From the IMG/VR virus record IMGVR_UViG_2690315711_000004: a DNA stretch of 31,546 nt; one strand, 5' to 3'. Within the stretch, counting starts at the first letter, position 1; each line of letters starts with the position of its first letter. Source of the stretch: an uncultured virus (IMG/VR IMGVR_UViG_2690315711_000004) (taxonomy: Duplodnaviria > Heunggongvirae > Uroviricota > Caudoviricetes). Shown here piece after piece: positions 19,701-28,341 of this stretch. The notes under the pieces were generated by a model. The model was not told where the DNA came from, made no database searches, and saw only the letters and a list, made by a program, of their open reading frames with translations. A program made the position numbers and the translations under genes.

Positions 19701-20038
19701 ATAGCAATCAAGTTGTGAGCTCTCCAACGTTATTTGCCTTTGCAAAAGGTGGTACACCTAATCTTGGTCTGATGGGGGAAGCAGGAAGTGAAGCTATTAT
19801 GCCTTTAAAACGTGGGCCTGATGGATCTTTAGGCGTGAGAGCAACCGGAAACTCTGTTGCGTCAGGCGATACCATTATTCATCAAACATTTCATGTAACA
19901 GGTAATGGCGATGAAGCGCTTTATCAAGCTATGCAGGAAGCAGCAAGAATAGGAGCTGAGCAAGGCGCTTCAAAAGCTAAATCTGACATTATGCGAGACT
20001 TTCAAACCAATGGAAAGTTAAGAAGGAATCTACGATAA
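16736..20038 (+). CDS. Tail tape measure protein
   Basis: 1100 aa, Ala-rich helical; TP901-type core; C-terminal GLMGEAGSEAIMPLKRGPDGSLGVRA. Confidence 0.95.
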   Translation: MATNLADLRVGLLLNDASFRSNITDAMNHAGRETERFSRKAKQNAKDVSDSFHSIGTSVKQVAGSLAMVGGVSLSIGSILGISRQYGQALSDLAAITGAAGEQLKVFDEAAQEMGRTTQYSAMQAAEAIKLMAASKPELMKTSEGLINVTKSSLILAQASGTTLPDATRTLALSLNQFGASVSDADRYINVLAAGSRYGASEVNETAEAIKKGGVAAAQAKVPFEEMNAVIQTLAEREVKGADAGTALRNMILILESSTDKKLKPSVVGMTTALENLAQKNYSTTALTKIFGRENVNAAMILSKNTDKVRELTKALTGTETAYEQAKERTNNFNGDLQNLASAFEGLAIKAGQSANGPLRTGIQSASDAINTLSNNLSTLVNVGTYAVLPVIGARMTRGLQEQTKEWVKNEAAVRNNAKQMRETAQATIDSAKASREQAQQESRQLATQSVLMRQRGVNADYQSRYLTLSRQIKEADRQEEIGKQRLIAANNQLSYSQRALRASSMALKGVYSALGGPVGAAMLAGSAIYYFHNKALEARDSALNLKRAVAETTDELMRLSQAKLAVKIDDVRDSLKNIEEQEKIVKNQLESYSDTKIQLLEKRGKGFFGWAHTWYESADEAKATQNKLKSELEDIIKNKEIESQTLEAAIEAQKRLLNGEKPPELKEDKPAGDSGGGGNDGGNDLVSGSKQKVSQYHQLRMQIEQEHATSLERISLSESETMRKLQESLKAGGMKQAEYERLKTLNAENHMKQRAELAEKYSPMRTSLRNEQEMTKELKSLFEQRLLTEKEYQYARMQMDKDMSKYRLSEQAKGISLPNISILGEIDPVIQLRNQLEEQKALYQAYYEDGLVSKERYEQLIIAATNKSKEAQYQSSKEFYASQGMWQRMQMNLVDAVEQRTANAMTGMLMGTKSFSEGMKEFSSSLASSIISDLIRIAIQAQITNALTGLMGGFAGSGGATSGAKAGKVGVKANAKGDVYSSPSLSQYSNQVVSSPTLFAFAKGGTPNLGLMGEAGSEAIMPLKRGPDGSLGVRATGNSVASGDTIIHQTFHVTGNGDEALYQAMQEAARIGAEQGASKAKSDIMRDFQTNGKLRRNLR

Positions 20039-20638
20039 ATGGCAACGATATTATCGTGGCCACGCTCCATCGTGCCAACCACGCTGAGTTGGCAACTCGT
20101 GAGTAACAGCAAAACCTTTACATCAACCTTTACAGGAAGTGTGCAGACCGTACGCTTCCCTGGTTCGCGTTGGCGTTGCAGTATGTCATTTAATAATTTG
20201 ACCGATGAGCAAGCAAGGGTTTTAGAGGCATTTGTTGCTGAGTTAGATGGTGAGAGTGGTCGAGTGAAAATTAGTGATTGGGCGCGTTCTGGTTTAACTC
20301 AACGCGGTAAACCTAAAGTTAGCCAACCTAACCAATCTGGAAAACTATTAGAGAGTAAAGACTGGTTACCCAATAGCATTGTTTTACGAATTGGTGATTA
20401 TATCACTGTAAATGATGAACTGAAGCGTGTGACAGCGAATGTGATCAGTGATGCACAAGGAAATGCAACAATTCCTATTGCCCCCATATTGCGTTACGCA
20501 CCTGCAGTAAATGATTTGATAGAAAATGAAGTACCCTACGGCATTTTTAAATTAACCAGTAATGATCAGGGAAATTTCCAACGTAAACCAGGCATACTGA
20601 CCAGCACTTCTTTATCATTCGAGGAGGCGTTAACATGA
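20039..20638 (+). CDS. Minor tail protein (distal tail protein-like)
   Basis: Directly after the tape measure; FTSTFTGSVQTVRFPGSRWR. Confidence 0.75.
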   Translation: MATILSWPRSIVPTTLSWQLVSNSKTFTSTFTGSVQTVRFPGSRWRCSMSFNNLTDEQARVLEAFVAELDGESGRVKISDWARSGLTQRGKPKVSQPNQSGKLLESKDWLPNSIVLRIGDYITVNDELKRVTANVISDAQGNATIPIAPILRYAPAVNDLIENEVPYGIFKLTSNDQGNFQRKPGILTSTSLSFEEALT

Positions 20639-21216
20639 AATATCATCCCTTTAGTAATGATATGGTTAAGGCAATTAATGAGGGATATTATTTGGTTGTA
20701 GCCTCACGTTTAGATCTAAAATCAGGCGTGGTGCGCGCGCATACCGGTGTGGGTAATATCATTATTGCAGGTGAAATTTACCAAGGTGTTGGTCAGTTTG
20801 GTGCCATTGAGTCTGTGGGGGAAAATATGACCACAAGCCCACAACAGCTTATTATGAAACTCTCAGGTTTTGATTCTTCATTAATTGGAGAGGTGATGAA
20901 TGAACGGGTTCGAGGTCGAAATGCACAGTTGATGTTAGTTGCATTAAACGAGGAGGCAAAACCTACACTTGCTGAGGTTTTATTTGCAGGCCAAATATCA
21001 ACTATTGGTGTGACAACAGGTGAAGAAAATGAAATAGCTGTCATCGTTTCTAATCGATTTGAACGCTGGTCTTATGGGCTACCCGACAGATTTACTGACG
21101 AATCATGGTCTAAACGCAAAAAAGGAGATAGGATATTTCGTTATGTGGCGCAGATGGCTGATCGGGCCATTTATTGGGGTAGCAAGAAAAATGCACCTGC
21201 GTTTATTTATAAATAA
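20635..21216 (+). CDS. Minor tail tip protein (gpL-position)
   Basis: Coupled ATGA; GEIYQGVGQFGAI, GDRIFRYV...IYWG. Confidence 0.72.
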   Translation: MKYHPFSNDMVKAINEGYYLVVASRLDLKSGVVRAHTGVGNIIIAGEIYQGVGQFGAIESVGENMTTSPQQLIMKLSGFDSSLIGEVMNERVRGRNAQLMLVALNEEAKPTLAEVLFAGQISTIGVTTGEENEIAVIVSNRFERWSYGLPDRFTDESWSKRKKGDRIFRYVAQMADRAIYWGSKKNAPAFIYK

Positions 21217-21243
21217 ACATATACATATTTAGTTGGTGGATAT

Positions 21244-21861
21244 ATGTTGGAGTGTGAAAGCAATATACTTTATTTTTTACTTAATATAGAAAAAATAACA
21301 CCAGAAGAATTGGCACTATCATTCGATATTGATACAAATAAAGCCAGTTCGATACTCCTTTCTATGACGAAGAATAACTTAGCAATTATTCGTCTTGGTG
21401 ATGATGACAAGGTTATTTATTTTATAAAAAATAAAAACTTAGAAAAATTTCTTATTGATGGTGGTAAACTTTATATTGAAAATAATAAGCCTTCTAATAG
21501 CTCCAATAGTTTTTTATATACTTTTATTTTCATCTTAATAGCGGCGCCATTATTCTATTTGTTTTTAACTTTTATTTTTGGTGACAAGAAAAAAGAAATA
21601 GATTATTGCAATAGTGAAGAGCGTGCTTATTTAGCATCAACAAATATGGTTAGGAATACCTTAAAATCGCCATCTTCGGCAAAGTTCCCGCACTATACTG
21701 AAGTTGAAATTTATCCAGCAGGTCAATGCTCATTTCAAATAAAATCGTATGTTGATGCAAAAAATGGGTTTGGCGCCATGATAAGAAAACCATACTTAAC
21801 AGTCGTTACCTATGATGAAAAAACACAATCCTATCTACAGAAATCATTAAATTTTGAATGA
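21244..21861 (+). CDS. Moron: wHTH-like N-terminus + TM + predicted periplasmic domain
   Basis: Very AT-rich insert in the tail-tip cluster; TM FLYTFIFILIAAPLFYLFLTFIFG; C-domain LKSPSSAKFP...YVDAKNGFGAMIR. Confidence 0.78.
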   Translation: MLECESNILYFLLNIEKITPEELALSFDIDTNKASSILLSMTKNNLAIIRLGDDDKVIYFIKNKNLEKFLIDGGKLYIENNKPSNSSNSFLYTFIFILIAAPLFYLFLTFIFGDKKKEIDYCNSEERAYLASTNMVRNTLKSPSSAKFPHYTEVEIYPAGQCSFQIKSYVDAKNGFGAMIRKPYLTVVTYDEKTQSYLQKSLNFE

Positions 21862-21885
21862 GATAAACACAGAATGTTATCCATG

Positions 21886-21908
21886 ACCCGCTTCGGCGGG
21901 TTTTTTAT
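21886..21908 (+). terminator. Intrinsic terminator after the moron
   Basis: ACCCGC-TTCG-GCGGGT followed by a T-run. Confidence 0.85.
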
Positions 21909-21923
21909 TGTCTGGAGAAAATC

Positions 21924-22322
21924 ATGAGACACCCTCAATGGACTACTCGCCTACCTGAAACCTTGAAAAATGCCATTAATCGCCCTTTCGTATGGGGTGA
22001 ACATGATTGTTGTTTGTTTGCTTCTGACTGTGTCATAGCCGTTTGTAATTTCGATCCCTGCGAACGTATTCGTGGGCGTTATAAAACAAAAACTGGCGCA
22101 TTCAGAGTGTTACAAACAGAGTTTGGAACATTGGACGGAGCTGTGAGCCGTTTTTTTGATGAAATTCCAATAAATGAAGCTGGTCGTGGTGACATTGTGA
22201 TGTTCGAGGGTGACGAAGGGGAAACGTTAGGGGTGTTATGGGCGGGTAAATTATGGGCTGTCTCAACAGATGGCGTTCGTGCGGTGAGCAATAAACCAAA
22301 AAAAGCATGGAGAGTACAATAA
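21924..22322 (+). CDS. Tail assembly protein, NlpC/P60-like (DUF6950-type)
   Basis: PFVWGEHDCCLFASDC, RGDIVM; precedes J. Confidence 0.8.
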   Translation: MRHPQWTTRLPETLKNAINRPFVWGEHDCCLFASDCVIAVCNFDPCERIRGRYKTKTGAFRVLQTEFGTLDGAVSRFFDEIPINEAGRGDIVMFEGDEGETLGVLWAGKLWAVSTDGVRAVSNKPKKAWRVQ

Positions 22323-25292
22323 ATGGGTAAGACTGTCACAAGCGTTGTCTCCGCGGGCTTAATGATAGCAGGTGTTATTGCTACGGGGGGTTTGGGGACT
22401 GCATTAATTGTTGCTGGCATTGCTGTTCAAGCTGCAAGTGCGTTTATCTTTAAAGATAAGGTGCCCGGCTCAGGATATCGGGATCAGTCCGAGCGTAAAC
22501 AGATGTTGCGTTCAGCATCAGCACCAGAAACGGTCGTTGTAGGTAAAACAATGATGTCAGGCTTGCTTTTTTTTGCTGAAGAGGAAGAGGGCGAACAAGA
22601 TGAAAATGAAGAACTCTACATGGCGTTAGCCATAGCCTCCCATCCCATTCATAAATTAGGTCAAATTTATTTCAATGATGACAAGATTGAAGATCTAGGT
22701 AACAACGCACAATATGAATTTCATAATGACCGAACTGAAGCAGATCCCTATTTATTAAAACATGCGCCCTCATGGAAAGAGGATATGATTGGTCGAGGTC
22801 TTGCTTGGTTACGTTTAACATTACGCTTCGATCAAGAAAAATTTCCTTATGGTGTACCCAATGTCAAAAGCGAACTGTGGGGAAAAGAAATTTATGATCC
22901 CCGTACCGAAAAAACAGCGTGGTCAAATAATGGTGCTTTGGTCATATTAGATTATTACCGTCACTATTTGGGGGTTCCGGACTCTGATATTGATTGGAAT
23001 GCATTTAAAGTCGCAGCAGATATTTGTGATGAAACCGTACAAACGCCTGATGGAAAAAGTGAGCCTCGATATACATTAAATGGTGCCTATGAACTTGAAG
23101 AGAGTCCCGCTTCTGTATTAGAGATGATGCATAAATGCATTGCCGGCGAACCGACCTATATTGCAGGTAAGCATGGTATTTTGATGCAGGTTTATAATGG
23201 GCCTGCATTACTCATAATTGATGAGTCACAAATTATCGATACGGTAACGGTGACACCGGAACTTTCTTTGCGTGATGCGACTAATGCGATTTACGGTACT
23301 TTCGTTGATGCAGAGCAACAATATAACAAAACTGATTTTGAACCCGTAGTTATTGAGGAGTGGATAGAAGAAGACGGCTTAGAAATTAAAGAAAATATGG
23401 ACTACCGTTTTGTAACCAGTCCATACCAAGCCAATCGACTAGCCAATCTTTATTTACGTAAAAAACGTGCCGGTCGTCGTATTCAATTACGCATGAATTT
23501 AGATGGCTATGCGTATCGCCCTGGTGATGTTGTCAAGCTCGAGTTACCTTCATTAGGGATCAGTGATTTAGAATTTCGTATTGCTGATTGGAAATTTCAC
23601 CCATCAGAGGGGGTAGAGATTACTCTCGAAGAAGATGGTCCTTATATTTATGAAGACTTAGCCAGTAAACCTTTTGTTAGACCCCCATTCACTAAATTAC
23701 CCACTGGTGGTGTACCCGCACCAATTAATCTGGCCTTTGTTCCCCTCTCTGTTACGGATATTGTTCAGGGATATATTTCATGGCAGAACGTGGCATCTGA
23801 TATTCGCTATAACACTGTTAATATTCTTCAAAACGGCAAAGTCATTCAGTCTATTCAAGTGCCGGGAGAGCGTGTTGATATAAACGGTTTAACTCGAGGC
23901 ACTTATCGTGTCGAAGTGAGAGCAATTAATGTGGCCGGTGCCATGTCTGCACCCGCTATCAGTGATTTTGCTATTCAGGCACCGCCTGCACCGATTGGCG
24001 TTGAAATAACACCGGGTATGTTCAGTTTAACAGCATCACCAAGGCAGGGCGATAGTGCTGTATTTGGTTATACCTTTGAGTTTTGGTTTAGTGAAAAGAA
24101 ACTCGCTAATCTTTCTGAAAATGAGGTGATCACCAAAACAAACAAAGTTGGTCAAGGGAATTTCTGGACGCAAGAGAATTTAAAAGCTGGCCACACGTAT
24201 TATTTCTATATCAGAACAATCAATAGCTACGGTAAATCTGTTTTCGTAGAAGCTTCTGGTGTTCCAGTTTCGCTACCCACAGATATTTTTGATGATTTAG
24301 ATAACACGATTAGAGAAACGGAGGCTTTCAAACAACTCAGCGAAGAACTGAAATGGAATACGGAGTCTATTGCGGTACTGACAAACGCCACTTACTCGCT
24401 CTCTACGGATGTATTGCAACGTTCTGCTAATGCGCAGGCCGGTATTACTCAACTACAACAACTCCGAGTTTCTGATAATGAAGCATGGGCGCAGGATATT
24501 AAGCGTGTATATGCATCAATAGAGGATAACGATAAAGCCTTGCGTGCAGAAATTAAAGAAACTCAAACATCAATAACCGAGTTAAACAAGGCGTTCGGTC
24601 AAACAACTACGGAGATCCGCACAGAGTTAAAAACAACCAATGATGCAACAAATAAACGCATTGATGATACCAACCAGAAGTTAAGCAATACAGATAAAGA
24701 AGTCGGCCGTATTCGTGCAGATGTTGCGACTAACAAAGAGGCGATATCTGAAACGAATAAAGCCATGGCTAAATCCGAAGAGCAGGTACAAGCGCAATTC
24801 GGCAAACAGCAGGGCATGATTAACCAAAAAATGCAGGCTGAATTTAGTCAAACCGGTGACGGTGTAGTTACCCATTCCATCAACATTACGATTGTTCATA
24901 ACAACGTGAAATACAATGCAGCAGGGCAAGTAATTAGTGCTCAGGTTAAGAACGGCAAGCTTGAAAGTTTCATTGGCTATAACGCGAATAACTTTGCTTG
25001 GTATAACCCTGTAAATGGCAAGATGGAGTTGTTTATGGCTGTTAAAAATGGACAGCTTTTTGTTAGAGAGGCGTTTATTGGTGATGCGACTATTACCAGT
25101 GCAAAAATAGCTGATGTATTGCAATCAACCAATTTCAGCCATGCAAACAAGGTGGGATATCAACTTAATATGCGTACCGGTGAAGAAATTAAATATGGAA
25201 ATAACGCTCAGGGGTACTGGATTGAAACAAACATATTAAAACGTTTGTTTGATAAAAAAGGCACGATGCGTATCAGAATGGGGATATGGTAA
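22323..25292 (+). CDS. Tail tip / host specificity protein J-like (central fibre)
   Basis: 989 aa; GKEIYDPRT...WSNN, Fn3-like YYFYIRTINSYGKS, coiled coil, C-terminal AFIGDATITSAKIAD. Confidence 0.92.
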   Translation: MGKTVTSVVSAGLMIAGVIATGGLGTALIVAGIAVQAASAFIFKDKVPGSGYRDQSERKQMLRSASAPETVVVGKTMMSGLLFFAEEEEGEQDENEELYMALAIASHPIHKLGQIYFNDDKIEDLGNNAQYEFHNDRTEADPYLLKHAPSWKEDMIGRGLAWLRLTLRFDQEKFPYGVPNVKSELWGKEIYDPRTEKTAWSNNGALVILDYYRHYLGVPDSDIDWNAFKVAADICDETVQTPDGKSEPRYTLNGAYELEESPASVLEMMHKCIAGEPTYIAGKHGILMQVYNGPALLIIDESQIIDTVTVTPELSLRDATNAIYGTFVDAEQQYNKTDFEPVVIEEWIEEDGLEIKENMDYRFVTSPYQANRLANLYLRKKRAGRRIQLRMNLDGYAYRPGDVVKLELPSLGISDLEFRIADWKFHPSEGVEITLEEDGPYIYEDLASKPFVRPPFTKLPTGGVPAPINLAFVPLSVTDIVQGYISWQNVASDIRYNTVNILQNGKVIQSIQVPGERVDINGLTRGTYRVEVRAINVAGAMSAPAISDFAIQAPPAPIGVEITPGMFSLTASPRQGDSAVFGYTFEFWFSEKKLANLSENEVITKTNKVGQGNFWTQENLKAGHTYYFYIRTINSYGKSVFVEASGVPVSLPTDIFDDLDNTIRETEAFKQLSEELKWNTESIAVLTNATYSLSTDVLQRSANAQAGITQLQQLRVSDNEAWAQDIKRVYASIEDNDKALRAEIKETQTSITELNKAFGQTTTEIRTELKTTNDATNKRIDDTNQKLSNTDKEVGRIRADVATNKEAISETNKAMAKSEEQVQAQFGKQQGMINQKMQAEFSQTGDGVVTHSINITIVHNNVKYNAAGQVISAQVKNGKLESFIGYNANNFAWYNPVNGKMELFMAVKNGQLFVREAFIGDATITSAKIADVLQSTNFSHANKVGYQLNMRTGEEIKYGNNAQGYWIETNILKRLFDKKGTMRIRMGIW

Positions 25293-25654
25293 TGGGCATG
25301 GGTTTAGAAATTTATGATGAAAAAGGACGACTCATTATTGGGGAAGACACTATTATACCGCGCCACTTGGGGCAATTTGACCTTCCTTTGTCCCAATATG
25401 GATCTCTTACTATTCCTGAGATTTCCTTAGGAGGTGAGGTTGTTTGCCATTTCTGGCTACGGTTTCGCTCTCGATTTAGTGGTGAGTTTCATGTAGATAA
25501 ACCTAATGAGAGAACAGAATACTCCATATCTGGAAACACGTTAAACTACCGCGTTGATTACAATATCTATCGCTGGGAGAATAATGGCTCTGGTGGTGGG
25601 CAGACACAAACGCATGACTCATTCTCAAGTCATGTTGTCGTATGGGTGGTATGA
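25292..25654 (+). CDS. Tail-tip associated protein
   Basis: MGMGLEIYDEKGRLI start typical of genes after J; TAATG coupling. Confidence 0.7.
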   Translation: MGMGLEIYDEKGRLIIGEDTIIPRHLGQFDLPLSQYGSLTIPEISLGGEVVCHFWLRFRSRFSGEFHVDKPNERTEYSISGNTLNYRVDYNIYRWENNGSGGGQTQTHDSFSSHVVVWVV

Positions 25655-25655
25655 A

Positions 25656-26270
25656 ATGGTTGGTGTAGAAATTTACACAAATAATAGGCTAATACAATTA
25701 ACCGATAAGCTCGAAACAATTTGTGTTTTAAAAAAACTAACTCCTGATGAATTAACGACAGTCTCAGGTCCTTATGATAGCTATCCGAGAATCTATGCAT
25801 TAAATAATCAATGGGTGGTTGCTCCTATTTCCAAGGTGAACATTCCTCAACACGGAGTTGGTCTTGAAGTTTATGATGAGCAAGGGAAAATCAAATTTTC
25901 ATCTCTTGCTAAGTTGGTCTGCTTTGAGAAATATTATGATGTCAATGCGGGGAGCGCTGGCAAAGGCTCATTAAGAATCGCCGGCAAAAGTGGTCATCGG
26001 TATGGCATGATTAAGACTCGCTCTATGGGGTATTTTCATAATACAAACATACGAAGCTACATAGACCCTGACACGTGGGATGAAGTTTGGACATTCAAAA
26101 GATATAGCGAGCGTTATGTCTTGGTTGATGATGTGGGAGGGTTAACATTTGAGTATCGATACGAGTTCTTAGGAGAAGAGGATGGCTGGATAAGTATGCC
26201 TCCGAGTCGAGAAGGTTCCGGATTAATGGAACAAGGGCTTATGATAGATGTTTCAATGTTAGAAGATTAA
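25656..26270 (+). CDS. Tail-tip associated protein
   Basis: MVGVEIY start and internal GLEVYDEQGKIKFSS motif. Confidence 0.7.
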   Translation: MVGVEIYTNNRLIQLTDKLETICVLKKLTPDELTTVSGPYDSYPRIYALNNQWVVAPISKVNIPQHGVGLEVYDEQGKIKFSSLAKLVCFEKYYDVNAGSAGKGSLRIAGKSGHRYGMIKTRSMGYFHNTNIRSYIDPDTWDEVWTFKRYSERYVLVDDVGGLTFEYRYEFLGEEDGWISMPPSREGSGLMEQGLMIDVSMLED

Positions 26271-26272
26271 AT

Positions 26273-26294
26273 ACCGCGCTAATGCGGTTTTTTT
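26273..26294 (+). terminator. Putative intrinsic terminator before the tail fibre gene
   Basis: ACCGCG-CTAA-TGCGGT followed by a T-run. Confidence 0.7.
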
Positions 26295-26322
26295 GTATCT
26301 AAATTTTAGGAAAATTATTCTC

Positions 26323-27657
26323 ATGATATACACAACAGGCACTGTTAGCACAGTGTCAGGGTCTGCTATTGTCTCTGGCACAGGTACTAAATGGACAGTT
26401 AATAATCCCGCTATTCGCTCAGGTACCATTATTTTAATTAAAAATGGTAATGCTAATTTTATTTACATGGTGGATAGAGTTAATAGCGATACAGAATTAG
26501 TTATTTCACAACCAGCTACATTTACCGTAAAAAACACCAGTTACAGTATTAATCTCACTGAGCCGAACTCATACAGCGACGCTAATAATCGTATGACCGC
26601 TATTGCATCAGATACGACGTATTTTCTGCGAGCAATGGATCAATGGATGATGAATAACGGTGTGGTGACAGTAGAGCTATCTAACGGGCAAAAAGTAACG
26701 TTAGATAGCATTAAGAAAATGCAGGGGGATATTAGTAATAAAGCTGATTTAACCTTATCAAAAACACAATCATTCACATCAGCGATAGAAGCAACAACGA
26801 AACTAACTTCAAAATCAGCGGATGGGAAAACATCAATATCATTGACGACCAGTAATGCTGGCGGAACCAATATCGAACTAAATTCTGCATCGGGTTATAA
26901 CGGGATACAAATACCAAAATCGTCAGGGACAATAATGCTTGTTGGTGATTATGGGACAGGTGGAGTGGGGCTTAGGGAGCCATCACCAGTTTCATGTTTT
27001 TATGGCTCACCATCAACAGGAGTACCGGGCTTTCCAAGTAATGGTGCCGGCTGGCAATCTACATATAGCGGAAATCGCCGTGCAATGTTATTTATGGATA
27101 CGTCAGGTAATTTACTCGCTAGATTTAGTCTATCAAATAACATTGTTGATACAGAAACGCCTTGGCGAACTTTGTGGAGCTCAAATAATACAACGGTAGA
27201 CAGTAACGGTTTTATTAAACGCGCCTCTCCAATTATCGACATCAATCCCGACGGCACATTCACCACTAACGACGAATCAGAAGGTGCTACCGTTACTCGA
27301 GTAGCTCAGGGTGAATATCTTATCGAGGGTGTACTCGGCTTTAACTCAGATGCAGGTTGGGGTGGTGTTGATGGGGGTATTGAAATTCCACTCGATGTTA
27401 ATAAACAGCCGTTGATATGGGTAGACTCTAAAGTTATGGAGGACGGTTCTATCCTCGTGAGAACGTATCATCGAACTCATCCTAACGCACCTAAATTTGC
27501 CCGTAATGATATTGATGGTTACAAAGACGGCGACCCAATTGATATCCCTGATGGTCGTTTTATTTCCGTTCGTGTACAGATGCCAGAGCAATCCATCTAT
27601 AATGTGAGAATGCGTGAGATGGAAGAAGCACAGAAAGCGGAAGAAAGGCCCCAATAA
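26323..27657 (+). CDS. Side tail fibre protein; extreme C-terminus probably clipped by the GC-rich insertion
   Basis: MIYTTGTV...IVSGTGTKW anchor, NTTVDSNGFIKRASP conserved C-domain; stop codon lies inside the loop of the foreign hairpin. Confidence 0.88.
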   Translation: MIYTTGTVSTVSGSAIVSGTGTKWTVNNPAIRSGTIILIKNGNANFIYMVDRVNSDTELVISQPATFTVKNTSYSINLTEPNSYSDANNRMTAIASDTTYFLRAMDQWMMNNGVVTVELSNGQKVTLDSIKKMQGDISNKADLTLSKTQSFTSAIEATTKLTSKSADGKTSISLTTSNAGGTNIELNSASGYNGIQIPKSSGTIMLVGDYGTGGVGLREPSPVSCFYGSPSTGVPGFPSNGAGWQSTYSGNRRAMLFMDTSGNLLARFSLSNNIVDTETPWRTLWSSNNTTVDSNGFIKRASPIIDINPDGTFTTNDESEGATVTRVAQGEYLIEGVLGFNSDAGWGGVDGGIEIPLDVNKQPLIWVDSKVMEDGSILVRTYHRTHPNAPKFARNDIDGYKDGDPIDIPDGRFISVRVQMPEQSIYNVRMREMEEAQKAEERPQ

Positions 27658-27665
27658 GGGGCCTT
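27645..27665 (-). terminator. Hairpin/terminator for the inserted minus-strand gene
   Basis: AAGGCCCC-AATAA-GGGGCCTT perfect 8-bp stem, a few nt after the 222-aa ORF stop; short T-rich tail on the minus strand. Confidence 0.7.
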
Positions 27666-27672
27666 CGGGTGC

Positions 27673-28341
27673 TTAGTCTTTCTTTTCGAAGACATCGGGG
27701 ATATCGGGGATATCGGGGTCAAAGCCGCCGTCATCACCACCGTCGCCGTCGCCACCATCTTCGCCGTCGCCACCATCTTCGCCGCTGTTTTCCGGGTAGC
27801 CGCCGTCATCACCACCTTCTGGCAATAAGCCTTCGGGGTCTGGGTCGGAAACGGTGCCGATCACATCGCCAGCGCTTTCAGGCGGGGTCGGGTCGTTTCC
27901 GTCAACTACTGCTGGGGCTGGAACGCCGGTCAGTTTGCGCAGGATCATTTTAACAGCCTTACCGCCAATCTGGACGATAACTTGGGCTGCCACGCCAGCT
28001 GCAATCTGAATTCCTAAGTTCTCAAGTTCCTTATCGGTCGCAGACGCGGGCATGTAGTTTTGCGGCCAGTTCAGATTGCTTTTGGCCGCTTGCAGAACTT
28101 GTTTGTACAGATTGCTCTGCTCTGCGCCGGTCGGCCCTACGATTAGCGAACAACTGTAGGTGCTGAGAGTGTTAGAGCCTTCTGGCTCCATCACGTCGAT
28201 AGAAACCAACTTCTGCGCGTCGCGCTGTGCGGCTTCTTGAACCGCGCCCGAAAGCTGGTTCAGGTTGTAGCAGAACGCAGTAAAGCAAACATTCCCGAAA
28301 GCATCGGTGAATTGCAGGCGAAGAGGGTTTGATACATTCAT
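27673..28341 (-). CDS. Orphan 222-aa protein: globular N-domain, hydrophobic/amphipathic helix, acidic Gly/Asp/Pro-rich tail
   Basis: Strong SD AAGGAG 7-8 nt before ATG; own terminator; in-frame codon-multiple repeats. Confidence 0.82.
   Translation of the reverse strand: MNVSNPLRLQFTDAFGNVCFTAFCYNLNQLSGAVQEAAQRDAQKLVSIDVMEPEGSNTLSTYSCSLIVGPTGAEQSNLYKQVLQAAKSNLNWPQNYMPASATDKELENLGIQIAAGVAAQVIVQIGGKAVKMILRKLTGVPAPAVVDGNDPTPPESAGDVIGTVSDPDPEGLLPEGGDDGGYPENSGEDGGDGEDGGDGDGGDDGGFDPDIPDIPDVFEKKD
27694..27816. repeat. Coding tandem repeats in the acidic tail
   Basis: ATCGGGGAT x~3 (27694-27718); TCGCCGTCGCCACCATCT x2+ (27743-27784); AGCCGCCGTCATCACCACC at 27723 and 27798. Confidence 0.9.

Noticed and set aside
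8635..27654. Many 60-150 aa ORFs antisense to or nested in structural genes (e.g. 24681-25124, 22079-22420, 27346-27654)
   Set aside because: Shadow frames of well-supported phage genes, with no RBS or family signal
26323..27657. Invertible tail-fibre shufflon or DGR target
   Set aside because: No invertase, reverse transcriptase, alternative fibre cassette or TR/VR repeat pair found in the window
27597..27815. 72-aa minus ORF with KMVATA repeats
   Set aside because: Alternative frame of the same tandem repeats and crosses the insertion junction
27669..27953. Arg/His-rich 94-aa plus-strand ORF (protamine-like appearance)
   Set aside because: Antisense shadow of the Gly/Asp repeats of the 222-aa gene; no SD or convincing start
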